From: Elusimicrobiota bacterium | GTDB lineage: Bacteria; Elusimicrobiota; Elusimicrobia; UBA1565 | Direction: 5' to 3' | Length of the DNA: 23,351 nt | Assembly: GCA_043819795.1 (NCBI GenBank) | Contig: JBDREN010000123.1 | Location: 1-23,351, forward strand | Shown: positions 1 through 6,039 of the stretch, in pieces | Layout of the letters: the number at the start of each line of letters is the position of its first letter | Numbering within the stretch: the stretch's first letter is position 1 | The notes under the pieces: model-generated | Seen by the model: the letters and a program-made list of their open reading frames with translations, nothing else | Databases searched by the model: none | What the model was told of the DNA's origin: nothing | Position numbers and translations under genes: made by a program

Positions 1-1
1 G

Positions 2-667
2 CGCTACCTCCACCCCGAAGAGATCAGGACGTTGCTCGAGGCGGCCGCATCGGTCAAGAAGACCTTGCTGCTCCCTGCCATCTTGCTCGCGCTTTACGTG
101 GGACGACGGCGGGGCGAGATCCTGGGCCTGAAGCGGCAGGACTACGACCGAAAAAACGGATACCTCTACCTCCGAAAAACCAAGAAGGGCGAATCGGACC
201 AGATTCCCGTGCCTCCGGCGGCTCAGCGGGTACTCGACAAGCTATGTGACGAAGGACGATGCGATTGGTTATTCCCGAATCGCCAACTGGACGGCCCCGT
301 CGCCGATATTGACGCCGCCTTCCATCGGGCGAAACAAATAGCCGGGATCACGGACTTCAGATTTCACGATATACGCCATACGGCCATCTCATACATGATC
401 ATGGCCGGGGTGGACTACTTCACCATCGCGCAGCTCGCCGGGCACACCACGCCCACCATGATCGAGCAGCGCTACGGGCACCTTTCTCCCAGACACCGGC
501 AGGCGTCGTCGGTGCTCTTCGGCGCCTATATGGACCGCCTGACGGGAGAGGCACCAGCACAGCCGGTGGGCCCACACAAGCCCCCAGAAGCGCCCATAGT
601 GGCCCAGGTTGCCGGGCTGCTTACGGATCGGCAACCTATGAGGCAAGCCGACGGGACTTCAGGCTGA
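2..667 (+). CDS. Tyrosine recombinase/integrase (phage/ICE type), 5'-partial
   Basis: Frame is open from base 2 (RYLHPEEIRTLL...). All catalytic motifs are present: G-R-R-R-G-E (Arg), LRKTKK (Lys), FHDIRH (HxxR), LAGH, and RYGH (Tyr nucleophile). The short spacing between KTKKG...IPVP and WLFP shows there is no IntI-specific insertion. Confidence 0.93.
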   Translation, partial: RYLHPEEIRTLLEAAASVKKTLLLPAILLALYVGRRRGEILGLKRQDYDRKNGYLYLRKTKKGESDQIPVPPAAQRVLDKLCDEGRCDWLFPNRQLDGPVADIDAAFHRAKQIAGITDFRFHDIRHTAISYMIMAGVDYFTIAQLAGHTTPTMIEQRYGHLSPRHRQASSVLFGAYMDRLTGEAPAQPVGPHKPPEAPIVAQVAGLLTDRQPMRQADGTSG

Positions 668-790
668 CCAAGGCTAATCCAATAATTAGGGGCCTGCTCC
701 CAACGGGATAGGCTGACCGGGCGTGCAGTGTTTGTCCTGCCCCCAAAGACAAGCATCTTCAAAGGACACCGGCGGGACCGACACAAGTCT

Positions 791-799
791 TGCTATCAT
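791..799 (+). promoter_or_regulatory. Possible extended -10 promoter (TGcTATCAT) upstream of the cassette ORFs
   Basis: TGnTATCAT about 75 nt upstream of the 873 start. Motif match only. Confidence 0.3.
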
Positions 800-872
800 C
801 TTGTCAGCTGGCAGAACTAGGCAGACCGGCTGACTCATTAGTTGAACAAAGCCGCTCCGAAAGGACGATACA

Positions 873-1649
873 ATGACATCGAACAGTACCCCAGATCCTG
901 ACCTCCCAGGCTGTGCGGCTCTTGCCCCACTAATGTCTTTCGATCCGAAGGCCTTGCTGTCCGAAGACCGTGACGAGCAGGAGGTCTGCGACTTCGTTCT
1001 TATGCTATCTGTCGTGTATAACGATTTCAAAGATCTTATCTGGGCCTACCACCACCTTGACCACTGCCGACAACCTGAAGATGGGGAAGTCAGTTCCTAC
1101 AACGGACAATACGTGGGGATGCGTAATCACCTAACGCGACTTTTCCACTCCCTCATCTTCGAATTCACGATGCTTCTCAGGGAAAACAAACACATTCTCG
1201 ACCACGCTCTCTTCCGGAAGACACTAGGCTTCGTCAGCAAGGAGAATCGCACTCGCTGGGCAGAACTCCTGGCATTCTCCCGTGGGGAGGCAAACGAGAG
1301 TGCAAAGGACCTCCTAAGAATCTCCATGCTGCTGAGGCACAACATCACCTCTCATTACTATAAGCCAACGTTCCTAGCGAAGGGATACAAGTCTTTTTTT
1401 GAGAATGCCAAGGATGAAGCTCATTCAAGCGCCTTCATTTCCAGGGGCATGTCGCTGGACGCCAATCGCCTCTACTTCGCTGACGCCGCGCTTGATGGTT
1501 GCATCAAGCGCTTGGTCCCTTCCGACAAGATGCACGATATTCGTCAGAGCCTAAACGCGGTGGCGGACTTCATCAATAGAACCCTTATGGATATCGTAGA
1601 GAAATTCATTCAGGCACGCGGCTTTGCATGGCGAGAACACTCTGGATAG
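873..1649 (+). CDS. Hypothetical protein with putative HEPN-like RNase motif; probable integron cassette gene
   Basis: 258-aa ORF with AAGGA RBS upstream. Largely helical-looking sequence with LRHNITSHYY (R-x5-H). The stop codon is 7 nt before an attC site. Confidence 0.75.
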   Translation: MTSNSTPDPDLPGCAALAPLMSFDPKALLSEDRDEQEVCDFVLMLSVVYNDFKDLIWAYHHLDHCRQPEDGEVSSYNGQYVGMRNHLTRLFHSLIFEFTMLLRENKHILDHALFRKTLGFVSKENRTRWAELLAFSRGEANESAKDLLRISMLLRHNITSHYYKPTFLAKGYKSFFENAKDEAHSSAFISRGMSLDANRLYFADAALDGCIKRLVPSDKMHDIRQSLNAVADFINRTLMDIVEKFIQARGFAWREHSG

Positions 1650-1656
1650 GACCGGC

Positions 1657-1713
1657 GCCTAACAATCGATTGAGCGAGCGCGCTTCGCGCGCCGCTCATC
1701 GTAGACGTTAGGC
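1657..1713 (+). mobile_element. Integron attC recombination site (57 bp)
   Basis: GCCTAAC (R'', RYYYAAC)-AATCG-ATTGAGCG (L'')-A-GCGCGC-TTC-GCGCGC-CGCTCAT (L')-CGTAGAC-GTTAGGC (R', GTTRRRY). R boxes are perfectly complementary, L'' has one extra base, there is a second unpaired A, and the spacer is partly unpaired. Confidence 0.9.
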
Positions 1714-1732
1714 GAATGATGGATAATATCCA

Positions 1733-2782
1733 ATGGCTGAGATGAAACCGGAAGTCTCGTTCCCTGGCGGCTCCAAATCACGTGTCAATCGCGCTGGCGA
1801 CAAGATTCGCCAAGATGCAGCGACTGAGGATGATTTTCGTGCTGTTGAAGATTGGAGAGCGGCACACCGTGGTGTTCTTAATACGTTTCAAGAGATTTTA
1901 CGCCGGCGAACACGAGAGATGGGTGTAACAGTCGCTCAACGCCACAAGCGAAAAACAACCATTTTTGACAAATTACTTCGCCTTCCCAAAATGAATTTGT
2001 CACGAATGGATGACATCGCTGGATGCCGCCTGATCTTTAAGACCATTCCAGAGCTCTACAACTTCCGAAAGGATTTTCACACGGCCCGATTTGACCACAG
2101 GCGAGTGAATGAAGTGGACAAGTACGATTACATTAAGTCTACGAAGGGAACGGGCTATCGTGGAGTTCACGACGTTTATGAATACCACGTTCGGTCAGAG
2201 GTTGGGAGAGCTTTGGCCGGACTGCTTGTTGAAATTCAATACAGAACGCATGTTCAGCATGCATGGGCCACCGCCGAGGAAGTGATCGGCTTTGTGACCG
2301 AGAGTCAGCCGAAATTCCAGAAGGGTGACAAGCGCTACGAAAATGCGATGGCGTTGGCCGCCGAAATTTTGGCACGGGCCTCGGAGAAGCGCTCCGGGCC
2401 ATTCCCAAAACTCGCAGATCGCGAGGTCGTAAGACGATTCTTGGCCGTGGATTCCGAGCTGGGTCTACTAGCGATGCTGAAAGGCCTGAATGCCGCAAAG
2501 AAAGATGTCTCCACAAATCGGAACGCAATTCTCATCTTCTCAAAAGACAATAACCTAGAAACCCAAACCTTCCGAGATGCAACCGACGCTCTTAGGGCGT
2601 TGTTTCAGCTTGAAAAAGATCGGCCCGGCAGTGACATCGTTCTGGTACGCGCCGATACGAGCGAAGAGGTCCGCTTCGCTTTCAAAAACTATTTTACCGA
2701 TGCGCGTGATTTTATCCGTTTACTGGAGAGTGGGTGTGAAAAGCTATCCGGTATTAGGGTTGCTAAGCGCGTCAATCGATAA
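1733..2782 (+). CDS. capRel: RelA/SpoT-family small alarmone synthetase, fused CapRel-like toxin-antitoxin
   Basis: SYNTH motifs AQRHKRKTTIFDKL, RMDDIAGCR, DYIKSTKGTGYRGVH and EIQYRTHVQHAWAT. N-terminal SKSRVNRAG..WRAAH and C-terminal DIVLVRA...AFKNYF match the layout of fused CapRel proteins. No HD hydrolase, TGS or ACT domains. Confidence 0.85.
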   Translation: MAEMKPEVSFPGGSKSRVNRAGDKIRQDAATEDDFRAVEDWRAAHRGVLNTFQEILRRRTREMGVTVAQRHKRKTTIFDKLLRLPKMNLSRMDDIAGCRLIFKTIPELYNFRKDFHTARFDHRRVNEVDKYDYIKSTKGTGYRGVHDVYEYHVRSEVGRALAGLLVEIQYRTHVQHAWATAEEVIGFVTESQPKFQKGDKRYENAMALAAEILARASEKRSGPFPKLADREVVRRFLAVDSELGLLAMLKGLNAAKKDVSTNRNAILIFSKDNNLETQTFRDATDALRALFQLEKDRPGSDIVLVRADTSEEVRFAFKNYFTDARDFIRLLESGCEKLSGIRVAKRVNR

Positions 2783-2804
2783 GCCGCTCGTGGGCCGTGT
2801 CGGT

Positions 2805-2835
2805 GCCTAACAACGCGCTTGATCCGCCGAGCGCG
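2805..2835 (+). mobile_element. Truncated attC site (left arm only)
   Basis: GCCTAAC-AACGC-GCTTGATC... begins 22 nt after the CapRel stop. This R'' is complementary to the GTTAGGC at the cassette start (1707-1713). No matching L'/R' arm follows. Confidence 0.65.
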
Positions 2836-2901
2836 GGGGGAGACCCTCTAGCCCGCCCTATCCGCCGTTCATTGGCCCTGGGAGCCTCCGTGCCCTCGGG
2901 A

Positions 2902-2930
2902 GTCGCCACAGCGGCTGTCGCCACAGCGGC
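2902..2930. repeat. 14-bp direct repeat GTCGCCACAGCGGC x2
   Basis: Exact copies at 2902-2915 and 2917-2930. Confidence 0.9.
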
Positions 2931-2989
2931 ATTCGGCTGGCCCAGGAAAATGCTAAAATCGCGGCGTAGTGATTTGCGCGCGGGAAAAG

Positions 2990-3011
2990 TTTGGCCCCCA
3001 TTTGGCCCCCA
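2990..3011. repeat. 11-bp tandem repeat TTTGGCCCCCA x2, putative integrase arm-type site
   Basis: Exact copies at 2990-3000 and 3001-3011, about 55 bp from the tRNA 5' end. The function is inferred. Confidence 0.7.
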
Positions 3012-3064
3012 AGCGTGTTTCGGGCGATTTTGCAGTATCGAAAAGTGTTGGAAAACGTTACATA

Positions 3065-3152
3065 GGAAGGGTGCGTGAGCGGTTGAAACGGACGCTCTCG
3101 AAAAGCGTTAGGCGGCGACCCCGCCTCGTGGGTTCGAATCCCACCCCTTCCG
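3065..3152 (+). tRNA. tRNA-Ser(CGA)
   Basis: Acceptor stem GGAAGGG/CCCTTCC with discriminator G. Anticodon stem ACGCT/AGCGT with loop CT-CGA-AA. Long variable arm AGGCGG/CCGCCT. T arm GTGGG-TTCGAAT-CCCAC. CCA is not encoded. Confidence 0.97.
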
Positions 3153-3200
3153 TGCCTTTTTTCACGGCGATAGACCAATGTTCATGGGAAGGTGTTGATC

Positions 3201-3623
3201 ATGTGGAATCCGCTCACCAAGCTCCGCGAGAAGTTCGGCAAGCCGAAGGCCCCGGGGGCCAAGCACCAGCACATCGACAAAGAGCTCGTAGAGGCCGCGA
3301 AAGACGCCAGCGCTCCCGACCTTAAGGAACTGGAGAAGAAGGGCCTCCTGGGAAAGTTCTTCCGCCACTGGAAGAACCCCGCCTTCCTGAGCCAGATGCG
3401 CACGGTGGCCGCGCGCATGAAGGCCGAAGGCGTGGACATAAAGGATCAGAAGGCCGTCAAGGAGTGGGTCGAGAAGCACGAGGCCGAGATCGAGTCGGGA
3501 CGGTTAGAGGCCCCGGCCGAATCGGAAAAGAAGACCTTTACGAAGTCCGCTCCCAGCGTGAGCCGCAACGCCCCCTGCCCGTGCGGCAGCGGGAAGAAGC
3601 ACAAGAAGTGCTGCGGCCGCTAG
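3201..3623 (+). CDS. SEC-C motif (zinc-binding) domain protein
   Basis: C-terminal VSRNAPCPCGSGKKHKKCCG. ATG 3201 follows a GGAAGG RBS (the ORF track starts at GTG 3192). Confidence 0.85.
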   Translation: MWNPLTKLREKFGKPKAPGAKHQHIDKELVEAAKDASAPDLKELEKKGLLGKFFRHWKNPAFLSQMRTVAARMKAEGVDIKDQKAVKEWVEKHEAEIESGRLEAPAESEKKTFTKSAPSVSRNAPCPCGSGKKHKKCCGR

Positions 3624-3624
3624 C

Positions 3625-4989
3625 CTAGGAGAACAGCAGCAGGGTCGCGAGGGCTAGATAGGCGGCCGTCCCGATGATGTCGGTCAGCGTCGTGACGAGC
3701 GGGCCGGTCGCCGTGGCCGGGTCTATGCCGACTCGCCGGAAGACCAGCGGGACGAGCGCGCCCAGCGTCGCGGCGACCGCCATCGAGACCAGGACCCCCA
3801 CCCCCGTCACCAGAGAGAACTCCCAGCCGAACCTGGCGCCGTAGAAAAGGTGGGCCACCCCCACCATCACCAAGCTCGCGGCCAGGCCCAGCAGGACGCC
3901 GACGCGGAGGTCCCGCAGCACGATCCTGCCTCCCTCCGCGTCCTTGATCTCCCCGGCGGTTAGCCCGCGCACCATGATCATGGCGGACTGGGCGCCGATG
4001 TTTCCGCCCATCGCCGCGATCAGCGGGATGAAAGTGGCCAACGCGACCATCTTGGAGAGCGTGAGCTCGAAACCCCATATGACGCCGGCGACGACCAGCT
4101 GTCCCAGGCAGGTCACGCCCAGCCATGGGGCCCGGTGCCATACCGATTCCCAGGCCGTCTCGGACTCGAACTCCTCGGCCGCCGTGCCGACCATCTTCGC
4201 GAAGTCCTCCTCGGTCTCCTCCTCGACCACCTCGACGATGTCCTGGTCGAGAACGACGCCCAGCAGCCTCCGGGCCTCATCGACGACCGGAGCGCTCTCC
4301 AGCTTGTAATGCGCGAAGAGACGCGCCGCGGCCTCCTGGTCCATCTCGGCCGAGAGCGTCTCGGGGTCCTCGTTCATGAGGTCCTGGACCAAGGTGTCGT
4401 GCGGCGCGACCACGAGCTTCTTGAGCGTCACCGCTCCCCGCAGGCGCCCGTCCGGATCGACGACCAACAGCTCGTCGAGGAACGTCGTCTCGATGAACTG
4501 GAGGGGAGTCCCCTTGTAGATGCGCTCAAGCGCCTGCCGGCTGGTCATGCGCGGGCTCAGCGAGACGTAGTTCGAGCGCATCAGCGCGCCGACGGTCTCC
4601 TCCGGATACCGCAGGAACCGCTCGACCTTCTCTCCGTGCTCCCTGCGCAGAAGGGGCTCGAGCTGGTCCACCAGGGGCTTGGGCAGCTCGCGCAGGATGC
4701 GGCCGGTCTCCGTCGGGTCGAGGTCCTCGACTAGGTCCTCGACATCCTCCTGCTGCAGGGCCGTCATGAGCTCTTCCTGATGCTCGGGCTCGAGCTCCTC
4801 GAAGAGCTGCAGCGCGCGCTGGCGCGGCGAGAGCTTGAAGAGCACCTTGCGCTCGTCGAGGGTGAAGTGCTCCCAGCCGTCCGCCAGGTCGAAGGGGCTG
4901 ATCTGCTGCAGGGCCTTGCGGAGCGAGACGAACTCCTGGCCCTCTAGCAGCTCCTTCAGATCGGAGAGGAAAATCCGGATGACGCGCAT
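3625..4989 (-). CDS. mgtE: Magnesium transporter MgtE
   Basis: Acidic N domain, YPEETVGALM plus CBS pair, RAPWL, PLIAAMGGNIGAQS and GIDPATATGPLVTTLTD. Start at MRVIRIF (4989); the ORF-track extension to 5571 is antisense to the next gene. Confidence 0.95.
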   Translation of the reverse strand: MRVIRIFLSDLKELLEGQEFVSLRKALQQISPFDLADGWEHFTLDERKVLFKLSPRQRALQLFEELEPEHQEELMTALQQEDVEDLVEDLDPTETGRILRELPKPLVDQLEPLLRREHGEKVERFLRYPEETVGALMRSNYVSLSPRMTSRQALERIYKGTPLQFIETTFLDELLVVDPDGRLRGAVTLKKLVVAPHDTLVQDLMNEDPETLSAEMDQEAAARLFAHYKLESAPVVDEARRLLGVVLDQDIVEVVEEETEEDFAKMVGTAAEEFESETAWESVWHRAPWLGVTCLGQLVVAGVIWGFELTLSKMVALATFIPLIAAMGGNIGAQSAMIMVRGLTAGEIKDAEGGRIVLRDLRVGVLLGLAASLVMVGVAHLFYGARFGWEFSLVTGVGVLVSMAVAATLGALVPLVFRRVGIDPATATGPLVTTLTDIIGTAAYLALATLLLFS

Positions 4990-4995
4990 CGGTCC

Positions 4996-5004
4996 ATAGT
5001 AGCA
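4996..5004 (-). promoter_or_regulatory. Extended -10 (TGcTACTAT) 6 nt upstream of the mgtE ATG
   Basis: Minus strand reads TGCTACTAT-GGACCG-ATG, consistent with a leaderless transcript. Confidence 0.55.
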
Positions 5005-5096
5005 TACTCCACCTCCGCTGGGCACCCACTGGAATGAAAACCGTTTTCCTGCTACCCTCAGGGAGCCTTCACATCTTGTCCCAAGGAGACAAAGCC

Positions 5097-5858
5097 ATGA
5101 CGCATCCATCCCGGCCGCACCCCGTGACCTGGGCCGCGCTGCTCGCCTTCGCTCTGGCCTCGACGGCGTTCGCCCAGCAGGCCGACCCTCCTCCGGAAGC
5201 GCCGGATGCCGTCGAAACCCCGGCCCCGGCCCCCGAGGCTCCCGCCCCTCCGGCGCCCGCGGAGGCCGCCGAGTTCGCGCCGGAGCCCATAGCGGAGCCC
5301 GACGCCCCCGAACCTCTCCCCGAGCCCGCCGCTGGACCGCCGGATGCGCCGGTGCTCCCGCCGGATGCGCCGGTGCCCCCGCCGGATGCCGCCGCCGAAG
5401 AGGCGAAGCCGCCCGCTTCAGCCCAAACCGCGCCCGCGGAATGCTGCCCCTGCGCCGAGACGGAGGAGAAGGCCGAGCCCCAGCTCGCGGGATGCTCTTT
5501 CCACCTGAAGGAGCTTGCCGAAGCCTACCGGAGCGCCTACGAAAGCCTGCAGGATTGGATCCCCGAGGCATCCGGGAAGGTCGCGGCCGTCCAGGAGAAG
5601 GAAGATGCCCTGAAGGCCCGGATCCAGGAGAACGAGGCCGCGCTGACCGAGCTCAAGATGAGGGACTCCCGGTCCGACCGGGACCGCATCAAGAGCCTCG
5701 CCCGCACGAACAAGGACCTCTGGAAGGAGCTGAAAGTCATCGGGAAGGAGAAGAGCGCCGTCTGCAGGTCCCTATCCCAGAGCGCCGGACAGAAGGCGAA
5801 GGACTACGCCCGGGACATCCAGGAGCGGCTCAAGCAGGTCCAGACGAAGATGCGATGA
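5097..5858 (+). CDS. Secreted hypothetical protein, Pro/Ala/Glu-rich N-terminus and coiled-coil C-terminus
   Basis: AAGGAG RBS before ATG 5097. Signal peptide ending ASTAFA-QQ, PPDAPV repeats, ECCPC motif and a helical C-terminal half. Confidence 0.8.
   Translation: MTHPSRPHPVTWAALLAFALASTAFAQQADPPPEAPDAVETPAPAPEAPAPPAPAEAAEFAPEPIAEPDAPEPLPEPAAGPPDAPVLPPDAPVPPPDAAAEEAKPPASAQTAPAECCPCAETEEKAEPQLAGCSFHLKELAEAYRSAYESLQDWIPEASGKVAAVQEKEDALKARIQENEAALTELKMRDSRSDRDRIKSLARTNKDLWKELKVIGKEKSAVCRSLSQSAGQKAKDYARDIQERLKQVQTKMR
5337..5390 (+). repeat. In-frame 21-bp tandem repeat (about 2.5 copies, PPDAPVx)
   Basis: CCGCCGGATGCGCCGGTGCTC / CCGCCGGATGCGCCGGTGCCC / CCGCCGGATGCC. Confidence 0.85.
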
Positions 5859-5860
5859 TA

Positions 5861-6039
5861 GCACCGCAATCGCCTTGCGGTGCTTGCGCCTTCTAGTCAT
5901 TAGGGACCCCGTCGCAAGGACGCCGTTGCGCTCAGCGCCGCAGGCTCGCCCTGCGGTGCCTACACCTTCTGGTCATTAGGTATCCCGTCGCGAGGATGCC
6001 GTTGTCGTCCCCGCAGCAAGGCAGGCTTGCGGCGCTTAC
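5861..6039. repeat. Intergenic ~76-bp hairpin-containing tandem repeat (2 units plus a partial third), REP/BIME-like
   Basis: Unit 1: GCACCGCAA..TTGCGGTGC..CCTTCTAGTCATTAGGGACCCCGTCGCAAGGACGCCGTTG. Unit 2: GCGCCGCAG..CTGCGGTGC..CCTTCTGGTCATTAGGTATCCCGTCGCGAGGATGCCGTTG. Third hairpin CCGCAG..TTGCGG. Lies between convergent genes. Confidence 0.8.

Larger units (their letters stand above)
1..3064. mobile_element. Right end of an integrative element/genomic island abutting tRNA-Ser
   Basis: Integrase, cargo genes with lower GC and more A/T-ending codons than the rest of the window, and arm-site-like tandem repeats at 2902-3011. Composition switches to host-like GC after the tRNA. The left end lies outside the window. 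Confidence 0.75.

Noticed and set aside
2..667. Calling the recombinase an integron integrase (intI)
   Set aside because: It lacks the IntI-specific insertion between patches II and III, its motifs (FRFHDIRH, RYGHLSP) are phage-integrase-like, and it is co-oriented with the cassettes.
739..747. GCCCCCAAA resembling the TTTGGCCCCCA arm-like repeat
   Set aside because: A single short match with no tandem partner; too weak.
841..847. GTTGAAC as an attI or R' core at the start of the first cassette
   Set aside because: It fits GTTRRRY but is not complementary to that cassette's GCCTAAC, and no upstream attC arm is visible. A degenerate 7-mer occurs easily by chance.
3107..3113. GTTAGGC as the missing R' of the second attC
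   Set aside because: It lies inside the tRNA anticodon stem/variable arm, about 300 bp from R'', beyond normal attC size and without L-box pairing.
3065..3152. tRNA-Sec or suppressor tRNA because of the long variable arm
   Set aside because: The CGA anticodon, 7-bp acceptor stem and G discriminator are those of a normal tRNA-Ser.
2797..3325. ORFs 2797-3078, 2858-3178 and 2969-3325
   Set aside because: They overlap the attC remnant, repeats and tRNA and have no protein-like features.
4990..5571. 194-aa N-terminal extension of MgtE in the ORF track
   Set aside because: It is an Arg/Pro-rich antisense read of the 5097-5858 gene; MgtE similarity starts at 4989.
5861..6039. CRISPR array or known riboswitch
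   Set aside because: Whole units are similar rather than repeat plus unique spacer, there are no cas genes, and it lies between two 3' ends with no recognisable aptamer consensus.
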